This document shows, piece after piece, positions 36,844 through 46,169 of a DNA stretch of 64,000 nt. How positions within the stretch are numbered: position 1 is the stretch's first letter; each line of letters starts with the position of its first letter. The translations under genes were made by a program, and so were the position numbers. The DNA lies in assembly GCA_002774875.1 (NCBI GenBank), contig PCYM01000001.1, forward strand, positions 246,153 through 310,152, read 5' to 3'. Below the pieces are notes generated by a model. The model made no database searches. It was not told the DNA's origin and saw nothing but the letters and a program-made list of their open reading frames with translations. Source of the DNA: Candidatus Uhrbacteria bacterium CG10_big_fil_rev_8_21_14_0_10_50_16. GTDB taxonomy: Bacteria; Patescibacteriota; Patescibacteriia; UBA9934; UBA11717.

Positions 36844-37854
36844 TTAACTCGTAAACACACTTCGCTTGTAAGCCTCCAGGTTCTCCAACGCTATACCCGT
36901 GCCACGTGCCACGCACAACTGGGTGTCGTCGGCAATGTACGTAGGCACACCGGTCGACTCCGCAATCAACTTATTGATGTTGCGTAGCTGACTCGACCCT
37001 CCCGACATCACAATCCCCTTATCCATAACGTCTGCAGACAACTCCGGCGGCGTTTTTTGCAATACGTCTTTGACCGCATCCACAATCCCCTGCATCTCGT
37101 TGGTAATAGCATCCGTTACGTCATCGCTGTTGACTTTAATCAATTTTGGCATGCCCGTAATGAGATCGCGACCCTTGACCTCCATCTCTAATTTATCTTC
37201 CAAATACATAGCCGACCCAATCTCAATCTTGATCGCCTCGGCCGTACGTTCACCAATCGCCAATCCATACACGCGCCGCACATGATCTTGAATTGCCGCA
37301 TCAAACCGCACGCCGCCTATTCGCACACTCGTACTTGCCACAATGCCACCAAGCGATATGACCGCCATCTCGGACGTTCCCCCGCCAATATCAATAATCA
37401 TGTGACCCGACGGACTTCCAATGGGAATATTGGCGCCAATAGCTGCAACAATCGGCTCCGTAATAATGTAGGCTGCCTTAGCACCTGCCGCAAGTGTTGC
37501 ATCGATCACCGCACGTCGTTCTGTAGACGTGATTCCGCCTGGCACCGCCACCATCACTTCTGGACGAATAAAACGCACACCGCCTAACGCCTTGTTAATA
37601 AAATAGCGCAACATGGCCTCTGTGGTCCGATAATCTGCGATCACGCCGTCTTTGAGCGGTCGACGCGCCACAATGGTGTCCGGGGTTCGGCCCAGCATGT
37701 CTTTTGCCTCTTTTCCGACGGCCAGAACCTTTCCATCAATCGTAGAAACCGCAACCACGGAGGGCTCGTTGATAATAATTCCGCGTTTTGGCACGTACAC
37801 CAATACGGTGGTCGTTCCCAAATCAATCCCAATTTTTTTCTGAAAAACGGCCAT
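36844..37854 (-). CDS. mreB: rod shape-determining protein MreB
   Basis: IGIDLGTTTVLVY actin-fold phosphate-1 motif, 336 aa. Confidence 0.9.
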   Translation of the reverse strand: MAVFQKKIGIDLGTTTVLVYVPKRGIIINEPSVVAVSTIDGKVLAVGKEAKDMLGRTPDTIVARRPLKDGVIADYRTTEAMLRYFINKALGGVRFIRPEVMVAVPGGITSTERRAVIDATLAAGAKAAYIITEPIVAAIGANIPIGSPSGHMIIDIGGGTSEMAVISLGGIVASTSVRIGGVRFDAAIQDHVRRVYGLAIGERTAEAIKIEIGSAMYLEDKLEMEVKGRDLITGMPKLIKVNSDDVTDAITNEMQGIVDAVKDVLQKTPPELSADVMDKGIVMSGGSSQLRNINKLIAESTGVPTYIADDTQLCVARGTGIALENLEAYKRSVFTS

Positions 37855-38005
37855 GTAGAGAGGGGTTCTAAGTGGCCCTATCTTATCAAAGCCCTAGGTA
37901 AAGGGAAAGGATGGCGTTATGGGGCCCCGAATATTATTCTAAGGGGATCTTCGTTGACATAGGGGCTTATTAACACCACATCCCCATGCTGGGGAATGGA
38001 GGTAG

Positions 38006-38614
38006 ATGGCTATGACAAATTGTGCTTTGTTCGGTGAGCGGTACGGAGAACACCAGATAGACGATCTATTGAGACTGCACGAGAGGATCGTCGAGCATGC
38101 ACACATGATGGGGAAGCTTCTGGACTTTGCGAAGAGTTTGAACCTGAGTTTTACCTTTTACGTAATTCCGGCGTCAGCAAGCCACCAATATATCTGCGTG
38201 GTGAATGTCTTGAGCTACACCATCCGGATGGTGCTCAACAACCATAACGGTAGATGTACCTTGTCTTTTGGTGAGCTCGAGGAAGTTCCCGGATCAATCT
38301 TCGAGATCGATTGGTTCGGCATATGTCACACTTCATCCATGGACAATGGTGTGCAACAGATCATTGGCGAATCCGGTTCCCCCATGGAGGACGTGCTGGA
38401 ATCGCCTGCTGGCAGAGCTCACGCGACGTCACGAGGTTCGCTCCCGGCAGCCAGCGCCGGCCAATCTCGCCTGAGGCCACAACGCTCTCCCTACACGCTC
38501 CGAGCCTTGCTCGGAGTCCACTTTTTTAAACTTATACACACCGATCCCCCGTTGACAGGTTTACGGGTCCTTTGCTGCCAGGAAACCATTGACAAAATCA
38601 ACAAATCCACGTAA
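38006..38614 (+). CDS. hypothetical ORF (3' part doubtful)
   Basis: The ORF runs through a terminator hairpin at 38497-38527. The real gene is probably shorter or frameshifted. Confidence 0.2.
   Translation: MAMTNCALFGERYGEHQIDDLLRLHERIVEHAHMMGKLLDFAKSLNLSFTFYVIPASASHQYICVVNVLSYTIRMVLNNHNGRCTLSFGELEEVPGSIFEIDWFGICHTSSMDNGVQQIIGESGSPMEDVLESPAGRAHATSRGSLPAASAGQSRLRPQRSPYTLRALLGVHFFKLIHTDPPLTGLRVLCCQETIDKINKST
38497..38527 (+). terminator. rho-independent terminator
   Basis: CTCCGAGC-CTT-GCTCGGAG hairpin followed by T6. Confidence 0.45.
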
Positions 38615-38654
38615 ACAAGAGGCAGTTCTCCTAACCTTGGATCCTGGAGGTCCC

Positions 38655-39080
38655 ATGAGCATCAGTATTTTTGCAGAACGACTCAGCGAGCAGGCTTTGC
38701 TCCTCAACGAACTTCTGGCAGAACTCACTACTTCTGTCGATGGCGACGAAGGACAACCGCAATCCAACCAGGGCAGGACTGACCAGGATCTCTCCATGAC
38801 GGTCACGGTGGGTGGACGCCACGCGCGCGTCACCTACCGGCAAGAAGGTCAGGACACTGGCAGGCCCGAGGTCGAGGTCGCGTTGCTGCTTGGCAACCAG
38901 GAACGTCCGTCGATCGCCTGGTGCAGAGGGTTGAATGGCGAGGCCTACACCACTGGTGTGATCGGCTGCTACGACCCCGTGTTGATTGCGTGCGAAGGCA
39001 TAGAGAAGAGGTCGCTGAACTGCAAACTCCGCTCTTTGCTCGCGCTCATGGACAAGCACAAGAACACCCCCGTCGCTTAG
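38655..39080 (+). CDS. hypothetical protein, GC-rich patch
   Basis: Start at MSISIFAERL. Clearly higher GC than the flanks. A long antisense ORF on the minus strand looks spurious. Confidence 0.35.
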   Translation: MSISIFAERLSEQALLLNELLAELTTSVDGDEGQPQSNQGRTDQDLSMTVTVGGRHARVTYRQEGQDTGRPEVEVALLLGNQERPSIAWCRGLNGEAYTTGVIGCYDPVLIACEGIEKRSLNCKLRSLLALMDKHKNTPVA

Positions 39081-39104
39081 GCGACACACCCACCCGGAGA
39101 CACC

Positions 39105-39569
39105 ATGCACGACCCGTTTAACGACTTGCTGGAGAATCACAAAGTTCGGGGTATCGTTCTGAAGCTCGTATGCGAAATGCAGGCATTCGCGCAAGAACAT
39201 GGGTACGCATGCCGTCTGGAGCGGTTCAATCGCGGCAGCTATGCAAGAGGCTCTATCGCCACGCTCCGCATTGCCGAGCACGAGGTGAGTGTCGAGGTGA
39301 GTGAGACGGCCACAAGCCCAACGGCGATCAACATCGGTCTCAAGTGGTTCACTGGGCAACCAGGGAATCACTCGGTGCAATGGAACTTCGCTCATCACGA
39401 CATGGACGGACGCATCGTTCTGGCTGCGACCTACGGCGACAACGCTGTTCAACGCGTGGTTGATCAGGCGCCCGAGACCACCGGGACGGCACTCGCTCTG
39501 CTCCTGGACGCCCTCCACGAGGCCGCCCAAGCAGAACACGCCAAGCAGCGCAGCCCGACGCTCCACTAG
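39105..39569 (+). CDS. hypothetical protein, GC-rich patch
   Basis: 154 aa ORF co-directional with the previous gene. No family recognised. Confidence 0.35.
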   Translation: MHDPFNDLLENHKVRGIVLKLVCEMQAFAQEHGYACRLERFNRGSYARGSIATLRIAEHEVSVEVSETATSPTAINIGLKWFTGQPGNHSVQWNFAHHDMDGRIVLAATYGDNAVQRVVDQAPETTGTALALLLDALHEAAQAEHAKQRSPTLH

Positions 39570-39640
39570 CACCTCATGACCCGTTCATCCACGACCCTAT
39601 CGTCTGGTGCGCGGGTCGCAATTTTTTTCTCAAACAAACC

Positions 39641-39676
39641 AAAAACCACCACCGCTTATTGGGCGGTGGGTTTTAT
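39641..39676. terminator. bidirectional terminator between convergent genes
   Basis: A-run, CCACCGC-loop-GCGGTGG hairpin, T-run. Overlaps the stop of the DUF4012 gene. Confidence 0.45.
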
Positions 39677-41713
39677 TTCTAATTGAATATTGAAGGTTTG
39701 GAACGGTCCTGCCTGAGTGGTGTAGGTGTAACTGTCGTTAAACCAGAACTCGGAAACCTCTGGCGGAGTCGCCGACATAATTGGCTTCCCTAGATCCAGG
39801 TCCAGATTCAACGCCACGCCTCCCACACCAGGTTGCCGCTGAATATCCAGCACATACTCCCCGCGATCCACCATCTCCTTAACGTAGTCTGGCAATTTAT
39901 AGGTAAATGAAAGTTGTCCATTTGCACCCGGCTCCACCGCGGTAAACGCCCCAAACACCGTAGCGCCAAACTCCTGGCCCACGTCCACCGCACCTGCAGC
40001 ACCCGAAGGATTCTTGGTTCGATCATTAAGTAACGACCCCTCTACACGAATCAACTCGCTTCCCAACGGCGCATAGACCCGGGTATAAGTACGGTAGCGC
40101 GTGGTTCGGTAATCAAATCCCCCCAAATGATCGTAGTTAATCTGCGCGGTTGCAATCAACTCGCCTGCAGGGTTTGTGTGCACCGAGTAGGTATACGCAC
40201 GCGTAATCGCTTTATCCGTCTTGAGCGCCGCTAGATTTGTATCCACAATCATCATATGATCGTGCTCGGCATTAATGCGCAGATCCCCCGACCAATGCTC
40301 GCGCTCAAAAATACGTTGTACCTCGGGCTTCACGCCATAGAGCATAATGTCGTTGTTATCGAGCAATTGCAGCGTCATGCGCGCCAAGTCTCCCAACTGC
40401 TCCGTATTCGCGTCCTTTAACCGTGCAAACAACGCATTGATCATCTCTCCAATCACATCTTTACGATCCAGAGTCTCAATTCCCTTATTCACAAACGCCT
40501 GTTCTACCTCAAACTCTAATACGTCATAAAAATTCTCCGGTGTGAACGTTACAGACCCCGTATCTACATCTCCAAACAACTTGAGCAACTCCACACCAAG
40601 CTGCGGATTTACCAAGATCACGCCCTGAAAATTGACACGCGGAGCGGTAACGTATTGTTGATCCGGTAAACGCGTTTCGTTGGCATAGGCCTCCAACGCG
40701 CGCTGTGCGGATGCAGGCACATCTGGTGACCAATTGATGTCACGTAAATACCATTTGTCGATTCCAAGATAGCGTTTCATGGGAAGAGGGGGCTCTGCGG
40801 TAATCACTCCCTCGGAGGGAAAATCAACCGCATACACATCGTCTGTAAAAATCTCTGCGATCTCTCCATTTTCTACTCGTAGCACGCCATAGGTTCCCCA
40901 AAAACCGCCCGTTGGCCGCAACTCACCATCGTTTTGTAGCAAAAGAAGGTAATGCTGTGCCCCATTAAAGCCACCCATATCCGGTAAAACGCTCAACACC
41001 GGTATAAGTACGTTCAACGTGTCGTCCAAGCGACGGATTTGATCGAGGAGTTCTGTTCGGACAATCCTAAGACCAAAAAATAGTTCATCTCCATCAAGCG
41101 TCTCCAGTCCAAGTCGTTGTTGATTTAATCGTGCCTTCGCGCGCTCCAAATCTGGCACTTTTCGACTCAGTGCAAACACAAGCTCTTTCCGCATTTCAGG
41201 CGTTAGCTCCGTAAAATGCTCCACGCTCGCCAATCCTTCCACTAACCCCACGGATTGCAAATCAGATTCAATGTCAACACCAATATCTAACAAGGTTCGA
41301 ATTACCTCCAACGACACACGACCGTCATTCACAAGTTCGATTAAGGACGACACCTGATTCCCCAAATACGGAACAGGCCTTAAAAATCCAAACAAACGTA
41401 CTCGCGACTCAATCGTCTCAAGCTCTGTGGTTGCGTCTGTAATCGCCAAACTTGCACCCGCAATATCTCTATTGACCAACGCCGTCTGCGCATCACCAAC
41501 ACGTTCACGAATCACGCTTGCGCGCTGCAAACCGTCCACAACGGCCAGCGAACTCAGGCCAAGAACAAGCACAACAATGCCTGCCGCGATCGCAACAAAC
41601 AAGGCAACTTTTTTTTGACGGTGACGTCGATGAAAGAATGCGTCCGTGTGTGACATATAGGGAGAGTATAGCACGCTAAACAATGTACCCGTTAATAACA
41701 GAAACGGGTTCAC
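39656..41713 (-). CDS. DUF4012 domain protein (cell-envelope polysaccharide-associated)
   Basis: N-terminal TM and the hallmark HYLLLLQNDGELRPTGGFWGTYGVL segment, 685 aa. Confidence 0.6.
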   Translation of the reverse strand: MNPFLLLTGTLFSVLYSPYMSHTDAFFHRRHRQKKVALFVAIAAGIVVLVLGLSSLAVVDGLQRASVIRERVGDAQTALVNRDIAGASLAITDATTELETIESRVRLFGFLRPVPYLGNQVSSLIELVNDGRVSLEVIRTLLDIGVDIESDLQSVGLVEGLASVEHFTELTPEMRKELVFALSRKVPDLERAKARLNQQRLGLETLDGDELFFGLRIVRTELLDQIRRLDDTLNVLIPVLSVLPDMGGFNGAQHYLLLLQNDGELRPTGGFWGTYGVLRVENGEIAEIFTDDVYAVDFPSEGVITAEPPLPMKRYLGIDKWYLRDINWSPDVPASAQRALEAYANETRLPDQQYVTAPRVNFQGVILVNPQLGVELLKLFGDVDTGSVTFTPENFYDVLEFEVEQAFVNKGIETLDRKDVIGEMINALFARLKDANTEQLGDLARMTLQLLDNNDIMLYGVKPEVQRIFEREHWSGDLRINAEHDHMMIVDTNLAALKTDKAITRAYTYSVHTNPAGELIATAQINYDHLGGFDYRTTRYRTYTRVYAPLGSELIRVEGSLLNDRTKNPSGAAGAVDVGQEFGATVFGAFTAVEPGANGQLSFTYKLPDYVKEMVDRGEYVLDIQRQPGVGGVALNLDLDLGKPIMSATPPEVSEFWFNDSYTYTTQAGPFQTFNIQLEIKPTAQ

Positions 41714-42698
41714 GCTGTTGCATCTTCATTTCTTGACGTTTTTTGCGTATGGATGGCAACGTGGTTCCGATTGATCGTAGATACGACAATCCATATCGAT
41801 CCCCTACCACCATCTTAACCGTCGGTAGAACATCTCCAATAAAAAACGAAGCAGAGCGTCTGAGCACCTGACCCAACGACACGTGTTTTGCAAGACAGAG
41901 CAATCGATCACGCTGTCGTAGTCCCCGAAGTCGATGTTTGCGCGTGTCTACCTGTTCCCCATAAACCCCGCTAAATGTATAGGCGTGCGCATCCGACGTA
42001 ACGGCTATTCCCCAGCCTGCGCGTTGTAATCGCCACGCGAGATCGACAAAACATTCTTCTGTTTTAAAATCTGTATCAAAAAATTGTTTACCCGTGTGTT
42101 GAATGCTCTCGAGCGCAGAAAGTCTAAGCAATACGCATGCGTCAGACAGAGCAAACACGTGTGTAAGCCCCTCATACTGATTTTGATTAACTTCGTCCTT
42201 CCCTCGATCCTCCACCGCAAGCCCGCGCGTCAGAAAGCGACCTGCCGAAGCCAAATGATCCGACTCCACACGCTCGCGCAATGCCTCGTCCGACCGATTT
42301 TCTTCAAAAAGTTTTAGGATCAACGGACCAACAGCCGCTAATGTTGGATCTTTATCGAGTTGGTCAACAAGGGCATCTAAACACCCTGCGTCTAAAACAG
42401 TATCAATCCCCAAGCAAAGCACATAGGCCTGTGTCGTGGGTTGATCACCCGTTGCCTGCAGGGCGAGACGTACGCCTTGATTTTGCGCCACTGCCACGCC
42501 TTTATTGTTTGGGTTACGTACAAGCACCGTCGAGGGAGATTGATGACGAAGCATCTCTGCAAGTCCATCGACAGACGCATTGTCAATCACCCGCAATCTA
42601 AATGTCTCTAATGTTTGCTCAGACAACGCCTTAAGCACTTCTGGCAATGTCGTCATGTTATTACACGTAACAAGATGCACACTCACGCGTGGGATCAT
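41676..42698 (-). CDS. glycosyltransferase family 2
   Basis: N-terminal GT-A fold (VSVHLVTCNN...VIDNASVDG). Confidence 0.6.
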   Translation of the reverse strand: MIPRVSVHLVTCNNMTTLPEVLKALSEQTLETFRLRVIDNASVDGLAEMLRHQSPSTVLVRNPNNKGVAVAQNQGVRLALQATGDQPTTQAYVLCLGIDTVLDAGCLDALVDQLDKDPTLAAVGPLILKLFEENRSDEALRERVESDHLASAGRFLTRGLAVEDRGKDEVNQNQYEGLTHVFALSDACVLLRLSALESIQHTGKQFFDTDFKTEECFVDLAWRLQRAGWGIAVTSDAHAYTFSGVYGEQVDTRKHRLRGLRQRDRLLCLAKHVSLGQVLRRSASFFIGDVLPTVKMVVGDRYGLSYLRSIGTTLPSIRKKRQEMKMQQREPVSVINGYIV

Positions 42699-42699
42699 A

Positions 42700-44169
42700 C
42701 TAACGCCGCTTTTTTGTCACATTGAATCCGAGATATTTACCAAGGGCAAAGCGTGTTTGTGCGTCGATCGCAGGAATAGCACCAAACAAGATAAACGTCA
42801 CCGGCAAAAGCACCCACTGTGCAATTAAGATCAGCCATGTCCAAGATTTAACTTGTTTTGGGCGGCGAGGAAGTAAGGAGAATGAAAGCGCACCTGAGAA
42901 GAGGATTCCCATAGCCGCCACACGCATAATCCATTCCAACGTAAACGGTGCGTTGTGCGCAATCGCATCCGAGCTATTTTTTGCAAGCTCTAGCGGTAAC
43001 CAACCCATGATAAAGATCACAATCGGCGCTGTGGCCCATGTAAACATACCTTCCAAATGGTTCCACAACAATCGCCAGCGTATAGTAAACGGAATTTCCT
43101 TGTCCTCCCAAATCTGTCTAATAATGTAAGGAAAATGCTCTACCCCCCACGCCCATCGACGTTGTTGTTTATACAATGCACGCAAACTATTCGCATATCC
43201 CGTCCCAGCAACAGCATCCATACTCACTGGCAAATATAATGGTTCAGCACGGTAGTCCCCCTTGTATCGCTTCACGCCCTGCAAAAAAATGCGTGAATCC
43301 TCCGACACCATGTCTTTTTCCCAAAATCCCACATCTACCAACATCTTAAACGGCATGGAGTGAGAAGAGAACGTCCACATACGGTGCGGGCGTGCGAGTT
43401 CTCCAAACAGCCAAAACGTCGTTCCAAATGCCGAGATACGAATTGGCGCAGGTGATTCCCAAATATTATTGTTAAACACAATCACGGGTTGATAGCTCGT
43501 GCGCTGTGGCTTGGCCGTTGTGGCAAAAGAATGCGTAAGGTGAGCAAAATACTGCAAATGCACCACCGTATCCACGTCAAAAGACGAGGCGATGGCTCGC
43601 TCATAAGGGATACCGCGACGATCAAGTTCCTTTTGTACCTGGTGTCCGGACCAATTAAGGTTGGATCCTTTTCCTGGAATCTCATCCGGCAAATTCGCCG
43701 GATGTTCTGTGACAAACAGTCCGCCAAACTCCTTTCCATATTTTTTTTGCATCAGAGAACACACGCTTGCAAAATGCTCGTGCGCCCGTTCTTCGCCTGC
43801 CAGCACGATCAAAATCCGCTCGTTTGGAAACGTCGACTGCTTAATAGTGCGTAAGGTTTCATCCACAATCTCCACCGGCTCCTTCACCATCGGCAAAAAA
43901 ACCACATGCCAATACTCTTCCCAGTGATCCACCTCCGTTTGCAGTCGTTCCATCCAATTGGTAGCCTCTGCAATCCGATGTTGTCGCCAGGCGTGAATAA
44001 CAAACACAATAAAATACAGGACGCGATACATCCAATAAAGATCAAACACGATAATGACCTCGATTGCAAGGATAGGGGCAAAAAACGACAACGCAATTGC
44101 CACAACAAACGTTCCCCACACGAGAGAAGCTGGGATCATCTCCAGTCCACGATGTTTTCCGTATTGCAT
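42700..44169 (-). CDS. membrane-embedded processive family 2 glycosyltransferase (cellulose/chitin-synthase-like)
   Basis: QQRRWAWG (the QxxRW motif) with flanking TM helices. The stop lies 2 nt before the upstream GT2 start. Confidence 0.55.
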   Translation of the reverse strand: MQYGKHRGLEMIPASLVWGTFVVAIALSFFAPILAIEVIIVFDLYWMYRVLYFIVFVIHAWRQHRIAEATNWMERLQTEVDHWEEYWHVVFLPMVKEPVEIVDETLRTIKQSTFPNERILIVLAGEERAHEHFASVCSLMQKKYGKEFGGLFVTEHPANLPDEIPGKGSNLNWSGHQVQKELDRRGIPYERAIASSFDVDTVVHLQYFAHLTHSFATTAKPQRTSYQPVIVFNNNIWESPAPIRISAFGTTFWLFGELARPHRMWTFSSHSMPFKMLVDVGFWEKDMVSEDSRIFLQGVKRYKGDYRAEPLYLPVSMDAVAGTGYANSLRALYKQQRRWAWGVEHFPYIIRQIWEDKEIPFTIRWRLLWNHLEGMFTWATAPIVIFIMGWLPLELAKNSSDAIAHNAPFTLEWIMRVAAMGILFSGALSFSLLPRRPKQVKSWTWLILIAQWVLLPVTFILFGAIPAIDAQTRFALGKYLGFNVTKKRR

Positions 44170-44277
44170 AGCTCTAGTATAGCATTATCTTCTTCCAAGC
44201 CTATTTGTTGACATTCCAAGTGGCTGAGGACGAAATAAAAACACCCCGCGTCATCTGACCGCGAGGTGTTCCATTTT

Positions 44278-44958
44278 TTATTTGTGACCAATATCTTCTC
44301 CGAGTTTCTTAAGGAATGCTTTTGCGTGCTCCTGTCCTCCGAGCCCAAAGGCGAGACCACCCGCAATCGCGAGCATACCGACTAATCCCATGGTCAACGT
44401 CTGCAACAATGCTGGAGCGATTCCCAATTGTTCCATCGCTGCAATGAAGGCGAATACAAACACGGCCCACTTAGAAATTCCTGCCAACAGGTGTGCACCA
44501 CCAAGTTTAGAAGCTTTCACCGCGGTCATCACGATGTCATAGACGAACGATCCCAACACGACACCCATCAACAAAATCACGGCTGCAATAAACGCGCTTG
44601 GGATATAGAGAACCACATCGTTTAAGAACTGTGTGATCTGTGACCAACCGAGAACGTCCGCAGCAGCGATCAATGCGAGAATAATCACGAACCATTTTAC
44701 GATCCATCCAAACAACATTCCCACATGCAAGTTAAAGCCAACCTTCTTTGCCATGTCGGTGACACCCGTGCGCTTCAACAACATGTCTACTCTAATTGCG
44801 GACACGATTTTTTCTACAACCACACGCAACGCCCAAGCAACAATCAACCCAATAATGAGAATAATAATAGCTCCAAGGAGCTCGGGAAGAAAAGAGAACA
44901 TCTGGGCGAGCAGCGACTGAAACGTCAACTGCAATACACCAATAGCATCTTGTTGCAT
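44278..44958 (-). CDS. membrane protein with conserved TM-helix repeats (mechanosensitive-channel-like N-terminal module)
   Basis: 226 aa with four or five TM helices and a repeated hydrophobic pattern. Confidence 0.4.
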   Translation of the reverse strand: MQQDAIGVLQLTFQSLLAQMFSFLPELLGAIIILIIGLIVAWALRVVVEKIVSAIRVDMLLKRTGVTDMAKKVGFNLHVGMLFGWIVKWFVIILALIAAADVLGWSQITQFLNDVVLYIPSAFIAAVILLMGVVLGSFVYDIVMTAVKASKLGGAHLLAGISKWAVFVFAFIAAMEQLGIAPALLQTLTMGLVGMLAIAGGLAFGLGGQEHAKAFLKKLGEDIGHK

Positions 44959-45106
44959 AGGAGAGTTGTTAGGCCCGAAGGCTGTTTAAGATAAGAGAAC
45001 GATATCCTTGTACGCGATTCTATCAACGTCCGCATGAAAGGTTTATCTGACTCTAGTATAACACTCTGGGTCACAGATACATGGGCATCTGTGGATAAAT
45101 TTGTGT

Positions 45107-45511
45107 TCAAGAAACCTTTTTGGCCAATGAGATATTTGGCTCAGAAAAATAGTCTGGTTCCAAAGGTATTATGGCGAGTGTTGCCTTAGAAAGGTTATCT
45201 TCAAATAGCTGTACCTCTTTACTATGGAGAGGTGCCAATGCATTAACAAGCGTGATCAGCCCTCTAACCGACGTATAAGATTCCACATGTGCCGAAACAA
45301 ACCATACCGTGATTTTTTCCCAACCACCACTTTTTTGAACCTCTAACTCTATTTCGCGTAAATAGTGTTCCGAGGGGATCATCTGAGCCGTTGCCGATAG
45401 AACGTCAAAAGACGCTACATTTTCTGTAACGCCTACCTGGATTCCCGCTTTTACAAGCCGAGTGATCAAAACCATGTTAAGGAAGCGTGTTATGAATCTC
45501 AATGAATTCAC
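45107..45511 (-). CDS. hypothetical protein
   Basis: 134 aa. Overlaps the upstream gene by 35 nt. Confidence 0.3.
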   Translation of the reverse strand: MNSLRFITRFLNMVLITRLVKAGIQVGVTENVASFDVLSATAQMIPSEHYLREIELEVQKSGGWEKITVWFVSAHVESYTSVRGLITLVNALAPLHSKEVQLFEDNLSKATLAIIPLEPDYFSEPNISLAKKVS

Positions 45512-46085
45512 CGTCTAGAATTGACATCAGGAACCGATCCGAAATATCTCGTCGATACAAATATTCATCCGTTGGCATCACTGTGTAGTTAATCTCACAG
45601 CCAAGTTCCTGTTCAAACCCCTCAATACGTTCTTTGAGATTTTTTTGTTCTGGAGATCCAACAATCAACATATCCGTTTCATTCTCCGTGCCTCCTGTAA
45701 ACATCCCCGTCAAAATCAACACCTGAATGGGTTGCTCATCAACAAGCGTACGAACCAGGTCCTGCTGGATTAATACCGAGGCTTTTGCAAACAACGATTG
45801 CAATTCTTCATAGAGACCAAAATTCTTGTTCACCTGATAGTACTTTTTTCGATCCTTTTTCCCCTCGTCCTCCGTATCTTCCATCTCTACAACAACGCCT
45901 AATTCCACCAGGTTATTGAGCTCGCGTCGCACGGAATTCAACTGGGCGTTGATTTTCCGCGTCAATTCACGCACAAAAAAACGTGTATCCTGATTTTTCA
46001 GGAACAACTGTAAAAGTCGAGATCGGGTCTTTGAACCAAAAAGCTGTTCAATACCGAATCGTTCGTTGTCGCTTCCCTTCTTCAT
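45477..46085 (-). CDS. winged-helix DNA-binding protein (ArsR/MarR-like N-terminus) with an unknown C-terminal domain
   Basis: SRLLQLFLKNQDTRFFVRELTRKI resembles a wHTH. Confidence 0.4.
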   Translation of the reverse strand: MKKGSDNERFGIEQLFGSKTRSRLLQLFLKNQDTRFFVRELTRKINAQLNSVRRELNNLVELGVVVEMEDTEDEGKKDRKKYYQVNKNFGLYEELQSLFAKASVLIQQDLVRTLVDEQPIQVLILTGMFTGGTENETDMLIVGSPEQKNLKERIEGFEQELGCEINYTVMPTDEYLYRRDISDRFLMSILDGEFIEIHNTLP

Positions 46086-46169
46086 AGGATATGAGAGGTT
46101 ATCAATAAGCTCGTCCTCCTCTTTTTGCTATGGTAGTATCCTACGTGAGATAGCTCTTTTCCGCAATAT

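Noticed and set aside
38631-39572. 313-aa minus-strand ORF
   Set aside because: It runs antisense to two GC-rich plus-strand genes. Its composition (Arg/Leu/Val/His-rich) and lack of motifs fit a high-GC antisense artefact.
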